64,000 bases of DNA from Strigamia acuminata. Its lineage: Eukaryota. The notes under the pieces were generated by a model, which was not told the DNA's origin, did no database searches, and saw only the letters and a program-made list of their open reading frames with translations. Made by a program: the position numbers and the translations under genes. Every line of letters starts with the position of its first letter. Position 1 is the stretch's first letter. Below are positions 1 through 10,638 of the stretch, one piece after another. Location of the stretch: positions 28,148,001 to 28,212,000 of the forward strand of contig OX442314.1 in assembly GCA_949358305.1 (NCBI GenBank). Reading direction: 5' to 3'.

Positions 1-816
1 TCCACGATTCAATTGGGCTGGCGAGCCAGCGCTGGCGGGGAAAGTCCCTTGCTGTTTCGGCGGCGATGGGCACTCCCTGGCGAAGTGTCCCGACCCACCG
101 CAAGTAAAACATGTTCCACGCGAAGTTCCGGGGGAATTTGGGGTTTTTCCACGAGGTTTCCATTTCCCTTTAGTATAGAAAGCGGTAGTATTGTCTGCCA
201 ATACAGGTGGGACGCCAAATTCATTGGTCTGTTCATAAAGGCGATTGTACTCGCCAAGTAAACGTTCTTTAACGTTTTTCGCTGTGAATTCCGTATCCGA
301 CCAGTGATACGCGGTCTGTTTCACAGCCTCGTATTGTGGGGGCAGAAGATCTAAATATTGGAATGCCTGGAATTCATCGGTGACCTCAATTTTAACGTCC
401 TTCAGTTCGACGATTTTGCGGTCGACCCGCCCGGTGAAAACTAGCATTTCCTCATTATCTCGAAGTTTCATGTTGAGGAATTCACGTCGCAACCGAGCAC
501 GACGTGCCCTCGTCGTCGGTTGATAAGCGTCCTTTAGGGCTTCCCAAACTTTCGCAGCGGTGGGGCAGGCAACAGCTATCACTTGCTGCGGCTCAGCGCA
601 ACTCATGCAGATAGTGGACATTGCCTTGTCCTCTCGAGCGTTAAACTCTCGCTTCTCTTTTGCAGTGGCTGTTGCAGCCAGTGGTGGCTCAGAGCCACTA
701 ACATGTCCCCAAACGCCGTTGTATTTGAGCAATAACTGGACCTGCACGGACCAGGTGGCATAGTTCGTGCCATCGAGCTTTTTAATATCCTTGTAATCGT
801 CGTGCTTTGAAGCCAT
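1..816 (-). CDS. gag: Ty1/copia Gag (copia B), 5' part; runs off the left edge
   Basis: Manual translation from the ATG at 816 (not in the ORF track because it has no stop in the window): MASKHDDYKDIKKLDGTNYATWSVQVQLLL...VWEALKDAY...CFTCGGSGHFAREC. This has the copia Gag N-terminal L-x-G-x-NY-x-x-W motif and a CCHC zinc knuckle. The frame stays open to position 1. Confidence 0.92.
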   Translation of the reverse strand, partial: MASKHDDYKDIKKLDGTNYATWSVQVQLLLKYNGVWGHVSGSEPPLAATATAKEKREFNAREDKAMSTICMSCAEPQQVIAVACPTAAKVWEALKDAYQPTTRARRARLRREFLNMKLRDNEEMLVFTGRVDRKIVELKDVKIEVTDEFQAFQYLDLLPPQYEAVKQTAYHWSDTEFTAKNVKERLLGEYNRLYEQTNEFGVPPVLADNTTAFYTKGKWKPRGKTPNSPGTSRGTCFTCGGSGHFARECPSPPKQQGTFPASAGSPAQLNRG

Positions 817-2552
817 CACGACGACACCAGGAAAATGCACAATAATAATTGGTTATGCACAGAGAGAACACAATTTCGGAATTTATTCCGCACACACACT
901 TCACAGGAGCACTTAATCACACAATGCACAATTGTCTCTAGTCCCAAAAACCAAAAAGGAAGGCGAAAATACAGTTTCAACCCGGGGAATCTCAATAAGT
1001 GAGATTGGAAAACCTTGACTGGCAATCCACCAACTCTTCCGTCCGACCTCCTGGGGTCGCGGGATGGTTGGGGGCCCTGGATAAGCCCAGCCAAGAATAC
1101 AGTGCTACGTGCCCGACTGGACGTAGGGTAGCACCGAATCTAACAAGGGACCAACAACAAAAACTTAAAACTATACAGAGTTTCACGAAAGTATGCAAAT
1201 AAATCAAAACAGTCTAGATGTGAAGTTGGCCAATTACAGGATCCTTGCGCCGTAATCGGTTCCCACGATGTGTTCAACGTCGGCTTCACGTGTCGAATTA
1301 ACTCACACGCACGCCGGGGTGCTAATGTGAGGAGAAACCCTCTCAACTGGTGCACCCTGCGTGCAAAACCAGGGTTTCCTCTTGAAATCGTCGTTGCGCA
1401 CGTCCGCGCCTTCGTAATTCCACGTCGGGTGGAAATCACGGCTCTTCGTGCTAAATATGGCTGTGTACGTGGACTTACACGTAAACACAGCTCCAAAACG
1501 AATATTCACCGTCGATGGCGATGAAAAACGATCAAAATGGTCGCCACAGAACAAATCTTCGTCCTCGACGATCCTACGACAAATATCGGTCGTTTTGCGT
1601 CGAAACTCCGTCGTGTCGACGTGAATGGGCGTCGTCTCGCTGGCAATACTGATTGCCTCGGCAAAATAACGTCGTATTGGCGTGTATCGGTTCAGATGCA
1701 CGTCTGGGCTGCGATTCGCTTCACGGCCGAATCCAAAATGGCCGCCGCAGGAAAATTTCACAACGACGTCGGAAAAAGTGCTTATTTCGCACAGAAAAAT
1801 TTCGAAATAAAGCTGCTTACACACTAAAATGTCCGTAGTAATGTCCGCACACGTTGCCGATCGTTTCCAATCGATTTGGCGAAGAAAATCCGTCTGCGTC
1901 GGTCGGTTCGCGTTTGCGGCGAAGTCGGGCGACGTCTTGGCTTCGTCTCGCGTCCAAAAAGGTCGGAAATCCTTTACAAACTGGTCAGGCCGTCGAGAAC
2001 CATCCTCTGCTACCAGATAAAGCGATTTCCTGGCCAAAACATCGGTTAGAAAGGAGTTGACGAGTGTCTAAACAGGTGCGCGACACCGACATGCGTGCGC
2101 CATGTTTAATATCACATAAAAGTGTACACGCTTCGAGGCTAACAACTGCACTCGGAAAAATAGGATAAATCATTGTTGGATTTCAATGATTTGTCCTTTA
2201 CATTATAAAATAAAAGCAATGACATTCATAATCGATAACTAAGCAATAATAACAATACAGGACTCGCTCTTTTGAGCAGACGATGTTATCAGCGCATGCT
2301 GCTAAATGGAAACGTTCAACCGCGGTACAGAACCAGCATTAATAAAAATCGAGATCGATTGAACGCGACATCGAGACATTAAATAGCAGCACATTCATTA
2401 CACATATCCGGAAAGTGTGTAATGTAAATATTCACAAACTATACAATATGGCGACAAACAACCAAACACACAATATTTCCACCACAACTCAATACAAGTT
2501 ACCGTTCCTCCGCCTCCCCAGAAAAATCCTGATATCCAATCCTATGTTGACA
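1..2552 (-). mobile_element. Copia B: antisense copia inserted into copia A (5' LTR ~2552->2103, PBS-like TGGCGCACGC at 2102->2093, ~1.3 kb CpG-rich leader, gag)
   Basis: The minus strand reads TGTCAACA...TACACTTTTATGTGATATTAAACA followed directly by TGG. This LTR end resembles that of copia A (TACACGTTTGTATAAGTGTAAAACA). The boundary at 2552 sits just before the truncated pol. Confidence 0.7.
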
Positions 2553-2563
2553 TCCTAAAGTCC

Positions 2564-5500
2564 TTGCCACATGCCTTTCTACCTAGCGAAACCTCTAATC
2601 CAAAACAGAAGGTTGTTGCTAATCCCACCACAGTGAAAGATGCGACTGGTTTGTGGCACAGTCGTCTTGGTCACCTTCATACCAATGCCATGAAGTTGCT
2701 AGCGGCCAATGAACAAGTCCATGGAATGGAGCCAGCAGAAGTCCGTCAGGAGTTAGCCTGCAATGACTGTCGGATTGCTAAATCTACGAGAGCTTCTCAC
2801 AAGCCGGACCCTCATCCCATCACAACAAAACCATTAGATCTTTTACACATGGATCTGTGGGGACCAGCCCCTGTCACTTCTTTGGGCGGCTCAGATTATG
2901 TATTTACCATTATAGACGATGCAACACGCTACACCTGGATAATACCATTGGCGCAAAAATCTCAAACTTTTGCTGCGTTTAAAGACTTCGTCGCCAGAGT
3001 TGAACGGATTCAGAACACTACCGTAAAGGCCATCAGATCCGATAGGGGCGGCGAATTCATGTCGAATGAATTCTTGCATTATCTGCAGGAAAAGGGTATC
3101 CAGGGACAGCGAACAAATCCCGCATCTCCTCAAATGAACGGGACGGCAGAGAGGATAAACCGGACAATGATCGACAACGTCCGTGCGATAATCTCAGAAA
3201 CTAAACTTCCCGATGGACTCTGGGCCGAATTGGCCGTTACCTTCGCATATATAAAGAATAGGAGTCCACATTCCAGACTGAAGAATCAAGTCCCGTACAT
3301 TCTTTGGCGACAAAGAGATTTGTCATTGCGTCATCTACGTAAAGTAGGATCCAAATGTTGGGTGCATTACACCGCACCAGGACGCAAGAAACTCGAAGCG
3401 CGTGCCTGGGAAGGATATCTTGTTGGCTATGCCACCGGCACTCGAGGCTACAGAGTCTGGAATCCGGTCGAAGACAGAGTTTATGAATCCATTCATGTAA
3501 AAATCGACGAGCATCAATCATATCGCAAATCCTTGCGTAATTCGTCACAACGGCCGGATGAAACATTTGTCGAAGACGACACCGGACAGCAAGCAATCTC
3601 CTTTAATGACAATGTACGATATCATCGTTGGCCAAAGGGATCCGATTCCGATCGTTCTGACAATTCGGACAATGACGCCGATGATGATGATGGACATGCA
3701 AGTGCGTCAGCCACTTCTACATCAACGCCTGTCCTCATACCGATTGTACACTTGCCGCCACCGACAACACCGGAACAACAGCTATTAGATGCATGTGCGC
3801 TGCAATTACCGGGTTCAGCGAGTTCAGGACATTCACAGTCCTACCCAGTACTTTATCAAGAAGGTGATACCGATGATGATGTCGAACCCATAGAAGGACA
3901 CGAAGAACGTGACGACATCTCACTTTATCCAAATACGTCTGAGTTTACTGGCACATCAGCCGAACAGTCGCCTCGTCAATCTCCACCAGGTTCACCCGCA
4001 CGATATATCACGTATCGTCGTAAAGGGCGTGGGGCGGACTCAGGTAGTCATACTGTGCCAGTGTTCGATGACACTCCAATGTCTCCTGCCCCGATTCCCC
4101 CTATTACGGGAACTGAAGTTCCAGCAGCAACCGAGCGTCATACAGCACATATGTGGCGACTCGTCGGCGGGAATTCAGAATGTAGTAATTGGAGACGCGA
4201 AGAGCATCTTAGAAAAGATCAAGTGCCTGGGAAGATTAGGACCGACGTTTACTATTTTCCAATGCCTGAAATCAGACTCAGATCACCGAGAGACATTGAA
4301 GAATATTGCATGCTTAACAACATAGACTATGAGCCTGAACTTTTCACGTTCCGCAATATTGAATACACGTTGCCAATTATCCCAGGACCTCAACATGCAG
4401 CCCATCTTTGTCGAACGGAACCGGCTTCTTATGCCGAAATATCCAAATTCACGGATGCTCCGAAATGGCGCGAAGCCATCAATGAGGAGTTGGGAACGTT
4501 CGCCGAGAGAGAGGTCTATGTAGAAGTCCCTAGACCAGCGGACACTACCATCTTGGGCTGCAAATGGATCTTCAAATTGAAGACAGATGCAGCCGGCACC
4601 ATCACTCGATACAGGGCCCGTCTAGTCGCGCAGGGATTTCGTCAAACCCTGGGCGTGGATTATGATGAAGTTTTTAGCCCAGTGGTGAATTTTGTTTTAA
4701 TTCGCCTATTCTTTTGCCTCCTGGTTGTGTTGCGTGGTTGGAAGGACGCCCATCTTGACGTTAAATGTGCGTACCTGTATGGTGAGTTAAAGCACAAAGT
4801 TTACATGAGGATCCCTGCAGGTGCCACATGCTCCAACCCCAACAATGTGTGGTTACTCGTAAAATCACTCTACGGACTCCACCAATCAAGAAGGCAATGG
4901 TTTGAAAAGCTGGATGAAACCCTGCGAGATCTTGGATTTAAGAAGATGCCGGCATGTAACTGTGTTTACACATTTGGGAATTCTGCCGTAATGTTGATCT
5001 ATGTGGACGATATCGTTCTCTTTTATGCGTCTGACAGCATTTTCAACCAGTTGCTTGCCCTCATCAGTTCGAAGTTCCAGATAGTTAATCTTGGTCCAAT
5101 CACGAGACTACTGGGCGTCGAGTTCATACATGACGCAGGACGCACGTTTATCACACAACGTGCGTACATCGCAAAGCTAGTGAAGAAGTTTGGGACTGCA
5201 ACCAACAATCGCGTCAAGGTTCCCGTGACTCCCGGTACCACACTCGTGAGAGGGTCAACCGAAAACCTGGCAGACTTTCCCTACAGGTCACTCATTGGAT
5301 CCTTATTATTTCTGGCGTCGAGGACGCGTCCTGACATCCTCTACTCAGTGATTGCTCTGGCGCAATTCAATACTTGCTATAATCAAACGCACATCCGTGC
5401 ATTGCTACAGGTCATGCAATACGTTGCCAACACTGCAGACTTGTGCATTGAATTGTCCGGTTGCACATCATCACAACTGTGGGCATTCACTGACGCGTCG

Positions 5501-5941
5501 TGGGCAAGCGATCCAGAAACATCCTTGAGCTTCGGTGGCTACATCACCTACGTTGGAAACGTACCGATCGGCTGGTCTTGCCGAAAACAGTCAACCGTGG
5601 CATGCTCAACAATGGAAGCGGAGTTCATCGCCCTTGTTGAGTGTGTCAAGGAGCTGTATTGGTTGAATCATGTGTACACCCAGTTTCCAGCTTTAAATCG
5701 TCTATCTCGACCCGTCGTCTATTCCGACGCCCTGGCCAGCATACAGTTCACCTCAAACGATGTGGAGAACTCGAAGACTCGACATATCCGCGTTCGTTAT
5801 CACTGGCTCAAGGAATGGTTCACGGCGGGACGCTTTGATCTCCGAAAAGTGGAAAGCGAGTTCAATGTCGCAGACATTTTTACAAAATGGCTCAGTTCGG
5901 AGCGTCTACGATCGCTGATCGCCAACATCTTCAGATCATAG
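2564..5941 (+). CDS. pol: Ty1/copia Pol (copia A), 5'-interrupted: pre-integrase Zn domain, integrase, disordered linker, MBD, RT, RNase H
   Basis: Motifs WHSRLGH...CNDC; HMDLWGP, SDRGGEF, AERINRT (DDE); KWIFKLK, YRARLVAQGF, LYGLHQ, YVDD; FTDASWA, MEAEF, ADIFTK. The IN-RT-RH order is copia. No gag or protease is present in this frame. Confidence 0.95.
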   Translation: MPHAFLPSETSNPKQKVVANPTTVKDATGLWHSRLGHLHTNAMKLLAANEQVHGMEPAEVRQELACNDCRIAKSTRASHKPDPHPITTKPLDLLHMDLWGPAPVTSLGGSDYVFTIIDDATRYTWIIPLAQKSQTFAAFKDFVARVERIQNTTVKAIRSDRGGEFMSNEFLHYLQEKGIQGQRTNPASPQMNGTAERINRTMIDNVRAIISETKLPDGLWAELAVTFAYIKNRSPHSRLKNQVPYILWRQRDLSLRHLRKVGSKCWVHYTAPGRKKLEARAWEGYLVGYATGTRGYRVWNPVEDRVYESIHVKIDEHQSYRKSLRNSSQRPDETFVEDDTGQQAISFNDNVRYHRWPKGSDSDRSDNSDNDADDDDGHASASATSTSTPVLIPIVHLPPPTTPEQQLLDACALQLPGSASSGHSQSYPVLYQEGDTDDDVEPIEGHEERDDISLYPNTSEFTGTSAEQSPRQSPPGSPARYITYRRKGRGADSGSHTVPVFDDTPMSPAPIPPITGTEVPAATERHTAHMWRLVGGNSECSNWRREEHLRKDQVPGKIRTDVYYFPMPEIRLRSPRDIEEYCMLNNIDYEPELFTFRNIEYTLPIIPGPQHAAHLCRTEPASYAEISKFTDAPKWREAINEELGTFAEREVYVEVPRPADTTILGCKWIFKLKTDAAGTITRYRARLVAQGFRQTLGVDYDEVFSPVVNFVLIRLFFCLLVVLRGWKDAHLDVKCAYLYGELKHKVYMRIPAGATCSNPNNVWLLVKSLYGLHQSRRQWFEKLDETLRDLGFKKMPACNCVYTFGNSAVMLIYVDDIVLFYASDSIFNQLLALISSKFQIVNLGPITRLLGVEFIHDAGRTFITQRAYIAKLVKKFGTATNNRVKVPVTPGTTLVRGSTENLADFPYRSLIGSLLFLASRTRPDILYSVIALAQFNTCYNQTHIRALLQVMQYVANTADLCIELSGCTSSQLWAFTDASWASDPETSLSFGGYITYVGNVPIGWSCRKQSTVACSTMEAEFIALVECVKELYWLNHVYTQFPALNRLSRPVVYSDALASIQFTSNDVENSKTRHIRVRYHWLKEWFTAGRFDLRKVESEFNVADIFTKWLSSERLRSLIANIFRS
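4187..4351 (+). other. Methyl-CpG-binding domain (MBD) embedded in the copia A polyprotein
   Basis: NWRREEHLRKDQVPGKIRTDVYYFPMPEIRLRSPRDIEEYC...ELFTF matches the MBD pattern W-x-R-x4-R-K...DVY...(L/F)RS-x-x-(E/D)...F-x-F. Confidence 0.85.
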
Positions 5942-6162
5942 AACTGCACTACCTTCTGTAATGACATTCCTAAGTTATTTTTCCCAAAGTAGAGGATAAT
6001 CAAGTTCAGTGGGAATTCTCGGGCTTCCTTAGTGAAGAGTTCTTTAATATCAGTACCCGGCTTGATTATTCGCCCATATTATTTGTTTTTCTGAATGTAA
6101 TACACTGTAATTCCAGTATTTGTTAGTATTTTTCCCCTACATTTGTCATCGAAGAGGGGATT

Positions 6163-7305
6163 TGTTGGTCAAAAGACCATTTATTTATCGATATCAAATG
6201 TCGTTCATGTTATTTAGTTCTTAGCTCGATGTAATTCGATGTATTAATTGCGTTTTATCACTTATACAGGGTGGTCAGAAAGTCTGGTTCTCAGTAAATA
6301 ATTCCCAAACTGTTGTAGTTGATGATTCAGCAAAATTATTGTAAGGGTAGTATGTCGGGGGAAATCCAATTATGACATCCAATTTGACCTCAGAGGTCAT
6401 CTTCAAGGTCATCCATATTCTAACTCGAGAACTGTGACAGATAGAGCAAAAAGGTGAATTAGAAAGTTGTAGAGCATCATCCAATTAGTCTAGAACCGTT
6501 CTTAAAAAAATTATTTCTTACTGAAAAGTTTTGAGAAAAATGGTCTGAAACATTAGTCTACTCAGCATTGTAACTCAGCTTTGTAACCTAAAACTATTGA
6601 GGGAACCAAGCTAATCCTCAATTAGGACACTTTATTTGGTCATACTTATAAATGGAAAAGAGGAAACACAAAAGAAAAGAAATACTCCATAATTTATTTT
6701 GGAAATACATTCCAACATGATTGTTTACTTAACATTTCAAACCTTTTTTTCTCAAAACTTTTCAATAAGAAATAATTTTTTTAAAAACAGTTCTAGACTA
6801 ATTAGATGGTCCTCTACAACTTTCTAATTCACTTTTTTTCTCTATCTGTCACGGTTCTCGAGTTGCAATATGGATGACCTTGAAGATGACCTCTGAGGTC
6901 AAGTTGGATGTTATAATTGGATTTCCCCCGACATACTACTCTTACAATAATTTTGCTGAATCAACATCTAGAACAGTTTGGGAATTATTTACATAGAACC
7001 AGACTTTCTGACCACCCTGTATATGTCTAATACGGCATTTATTTATGCTTTTGTGCTGTCACATACGTAATTCCGTATGATTTGTATTGTTATCTATGAG
7101 ATTCATTCTTTTCTTAACTTTAATGTTGTTTTCCGGCACCAGAGTGCCCACGTTGTATTCAATCTGTATCCAAGATGGCAGACATCTCAGTTAGAGCTTT
7201 CCTGCCAATTTTCTCTCCAATATGTAAGTTTATTTTGTTTTCAATGATTAAATAGAATTATATTTTGTTTTAACTCGTTTTACACGTTTGTATAAGTGTA
7301 AAACA
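6163..7305 (+). mobile_element. 3' LTR of copia A, interrupted by a MITE
   Basis: PPT GAAGAGGGGA at 6151-6160, then TGTTGG. Likely end ...GTAAAACA at 7305. About 390 bp once the MITE is removed. Confidence 0.65.
6267..7019. mobile_element. Tc1/mariner-type MITE
   Basis: Long TIRs CAGGGTGGTCAGAAAGTCTGG...CCAGACTTTCTGACCACCCTG with a TA target duplication. The interior is related to 46065-46828. Confidence 0.9.
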
Positions 7306-7545
7306 CTTCTTTGCATTGTATTTCGGCGCCGCATTTCACGATACGGATGCGTATCGTTCGTCGCTCATTTGCGAACATCGGCGACGCCATTTCCGTTATC
7401 GGAATTAACCGTCGCATATTTGCGACGCCATTTGCACGCTTCCCGGCGATATTTCGCCAATATCTGCGCCCCTCTGTCCTACACTGACAACGTCAACAGG
7501 CTGTCAACGGTGGAGTCCAGGGACGAGGAGCAGGCTATCGCAGCT

Positions 7546-9087
7546 ATGCCCCTCGCTTTGGACCTTCCCGTGATTCTCGACGAACCGGTGGTCGGGGCGT
7601 GCTCGGAGGAAGCGATTGCTTGCGCGTCGTTTGCTCTCGGCCTTCCGATGGACTCGTTCAACGGAACAGGCGGCCTTCCACACCGTACCTGGGGTAGCCT
7701 CATGTCGTTGGCAGGACAGTCAACTCAGTCCACACCGCGAGACGAGTGCTCGGTTCCCCAGGAGATGCAAGGCGCTTGCACTGAACTGCCGATGGAGCAG
7801 TGCGAATCCTCTGCCTCGGTGGAGGAAGAATTTCAGATGACTGTTTCGGAAGACGACGTGCTGGAGTTGTCCATCTTGGAGGGCTTGTCCCTCGAGGCGC
7901 AACTTCTGCGACACGCCGACCCCGAGACGGTCGACATGGAAGTGGAAACAGCGACAGGGAGTGAGGAACCTTCCCAGGTACCACACCCCTTTGAGCAGCG
8001 TGATGAAGCGGAGTTCCTAGAGCCCGTAGAGGGCCCGATGCCACTCGAGATCACCGAATTGCCGCCCGGAGCCCCAGTTGTTTGCGCTGAGCTACTCATA
8101 CAGGGTGTTCCCCGCCTTGAGCACGCGCACGAGCAGACATTGGCGCTCTGGGTTGCCGAAGCGAAGCGTTGGAGGGAACTCCATTTACGCTTCGAGGATG
8201 CCAGGGGGAGTGACATCCGAATGACCCGAGCGGTGGCACTGATACGGCAGAGAATGTGGATCATCCTCAACATCCCCTCTGTCGCGTCGGCAGCAGCAAG
8301 GAGGCTCAGGTGGTTTGAGACGGTCCGGATCGTCGCGTGGACGGTCGGATCGGCAATGAACGCCTGGTACCTCCATCTGCCGTCACCGTTCGCGGTTCAA
8401 GGATGGACACTGGAGGAGACTGTCGGAGCGGATTTCGCCGACATAGATCCGTCGGTCTGTCGCGGCTACGTGGAGACGCTGGCGAGTCTGCCCAAGCTGA
8501 TGGACAACCATGGCCATCAGCGGGTATTCAGACCGGCGTCCCACGAGCCCGTCCCGATCGAGATGCCTCCAGAGCTGGCAACACTATCGCCGCCACCCCC
8601 ACCTACTTACGAGGAGGTGATCGTCAAGCGGGTGCATAGGCGGAAGGCCTATAAGGACAACTTCAGCGCCGAAGTCTGGGACCCGGTAGAGGCCGAGTAC
8701 GATGCGCGCAAGCGGGAGGTGGAACGCGAGCAGAAGAAGAAGGGGAAGGGAAAGAAGTCCCGCAAGGCCGCGTCTGGTTCCACTCCAACGAAGGGCGAGA
8801 AGGGAGCGCACTGCGCACCACTTCCGCCAGTGTCGACGGCTGCTGCGCCAATGGTGGAGAAGGTACGATTGCATCCTTCCCCATCAACGTCAGCAGCTGA
8901 AGCGGAGGGCAGGCGACTGATGCCACCGCCACCATCCATACGGTCTGTGCTGGAGGCAGCGAGAACTTCTCCAGCCCCAGCAAGGCCAGCGCGAGAAATT
9001 GCACCGGAAGTTGCAATTGCGTCTGAAGAGGAGCCCCAAGGCCCCTCTCAACCGCAACCGCCGTCCGAGGATGCGCCGGAGCCGTGA
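7546..9087 (+). CDS. Orphan accessory ORF (~513 aa from the first ATG) of an LTR element
   Basis: Long GC-rich open frame (7288-9087, first ATG 7546). Acidic N-terminus, Trp-rich core, KKKGKGKKSRK basic stretch, Pro-rich tail. It lies upstream of a PPT and LTR. No motif recognised. Confidence 0.6.
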   Translation: MPLALDLPVILDEPVVGACSEEAIACASFALGLPMDSFNGTGGLPHRTWGSLMSLAGQSTQSTPRDECSVPQEMQGACTELPMEQCESSASVEEEFQMTVSEDDVLELSILEGLSLEAQLLRHADPETVDMEVETATGSEEPSQVPHPFEQRDEAEFLEPVEGPMPLEITELPPGAPVVCAELLIQGVPRLEHAHEQTLALWVAEAKRWRELHLRFEDARGSDIRMTRAVALIRQRMWIILNIPSVASAAARRLRWFETVRIVAWTVGSAMNAWYLHLPSPFAVQGWTLEETVGADFADIDPSVCRGYVETLASLPKLMDNHGHQRVFRPASHEPVPIEMPPELATLSPPPPPTYEEVIVKRVHRRKAYKDNFSAEVWDPVEAEYDARKREVEREQKKKGKGKKSRKAASGSTPTKGEKGAHCAPLPPVSTAAAPMVEKVRLHPSPSTSAAEAEGRRLMPPPPSIRSVLEAARTSPAPARPAREIAPEVAIASEEEPQGPSQPQPPSEDAPEP

Positions 9088-9813
9088 AAAGCCCCGATCG
9101 TCGTCCTTAGACGCCGGAATTGTACAAACGACGGACCGCTGGTCCCGATAATATTTTTTCCCCCTAAACAGGATTCCATGAGATGCCTGTCCCAAGACAT
9201 GGACGCCGAGCCAGTGCGAGTGACGAGACGGTGACGCCGCGCCACGCGCACAGATGCCCGACGAAAGAAGACGTCGGAGGTTTCCAATGTTCCCGGAACC
9301 TCCCGACTGCGGGTCTTGGTCAGATCCCGGTTGCTGTACATAGTTCTTTTTACAAAATATTTATTAGTTTTCCTCGTTGTTTAACGTATTTGTTTTTATC
9401 GTTCTTGAGAGGCTTGACCAACCTCTCCCATCCTTGTTTTACCTTTTAATTTAATTCGTTTATTATTATTATTTTATGTCAATATTTTTCTTTTTTTTCT
9501 GTTTTATTGTTTGCTCCCGGGCTTGTTACGTTCAGGCCCGGTGAATTATTATTTACATTGTATTATCATCAATAGTCTGTTTTGTTTTCGGCCAATCTAG
9601 GGTTGGGTGTTTTCCGTTGCCCGACGTTGCTTGAACATCGTGGACTGACGGTGCGGTGATCCTTTGGACAACCGGTACCGGAAGTCAGCACCGGTAGCCC
9701 GACAGTGTGTGGTCTTTGACCGGCACTATTGTCGTGCTTGCCTCGACTTGCGTGTCCCCGTTGGTGTTGTGTGTGGCCCCTTAGGACCTACCTTTTTCGA
9801 AGGGGGGGGGAGA

Positions 9814-10411
9814 TGTGACCGTCAGGCCACCTGGGTGACCTGCGGCACTGCCACACACCACCATACGGCCCCAAAGGTCAACCCCTCTGTGGGTGATTGA
9901 CCTAGCCCGGGGAGGAGGGAGTGGTGTGGTGTGGTGAGGAGGGAGTGGAGTGAGAGAGGAGAGTTGAGTGTTGGACACGGCCTGAGAAGGACGTGTCTGC
10001 AACAGCTCCCAGAGAGGAGAAGTAGTCATCGAGAGGGACGAGAAGTGTCCCAGGTTGAACCCCACACTCCTCACCATTCACCACGTTGATCCTCAGTGCT
10101 ATGGTGGAGTCCGTAGTGCAGCCTCCATGAGCGGATACGCGGGTCGCAGGTAAGCGCGACATGAATGTTAAGTCGAACCGACCTCGTCACACATTGGACT
10201 TCTGCCCAGTGTGTGACGGGTCGGTTGCCGGTGCGGCGCGCCTTTGTGGCGCCCCTGCAACGGGTAACGGGATTCCCCATACCCCTAGACAACGACAATA
10301 AAGGCCAACCAACCAATATTGTGGGAATCTCTGTTATTATTACGTGAAGTATGCGTCCCTACCCAGTGTTATTAGTCCCCTAGTTACATTGGCGAGACCA
10401 TACCAGTCACA
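9814..10411 (+). mobile_element. 3' LTR of a (probably gypsy-like) LTR retrotransposon
   Basis: Preceded by PPT GAAGGGGGGGGGAGA. Termini TGTGAC...GTCACA. A related LTR is at 20423-21108. Confidence 0.8.
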
Positions 10412-10464
10412 AGTTTAAATCTAGTTCTGGTTCTTGGTGCAAATGCATACAGTTATCTAGTTAT

Positions 10465-10552
10465 CTAGTTTAAACATGTTTAAACTAGCTGATTATTTAG
10501 TTTAAACATGTTTAAACTAGATGATTATCTAGTTTAAACATGTTTAAACTAG
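10465..10552. repeat. Three 32-bp tandem units, each containing the palindrome CTAGTTTAAACATGTTTAAACTAG
   Basis: Read directly; one unit has a mismatch at its first base. Confidence 0.9.
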
Positions 10553-10638
10553 ATGATTCTAATCCAGTTGTGTGAAGTGTCAAGGTCACTTCCCACAATT
10601 CTGTGCGTGACATACTCAGTTGATTGTCTATTGGCCTA

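Noticed and set aside
1303..2037. 244-aa upstream ORF in the copia B leader
   Set aside because: Non-ATG start, GC-rich sequence with several overlapping open frames, and no recognisable motif.
1..5941. A single novel copia with divergently transcribed gag and pol
   Set aside because: An LTR plus PBS on the minus strand (2552->2093) and a pol truncated just before integrase are better explained by one copia inserted antisense into another.
7288..7545. N-terminal 86 aa of the 599-aa ORF
   Set aside because: It starts at a TTG inside the copia A LTR and crosses an insertion junction; the first ATG is 7546.
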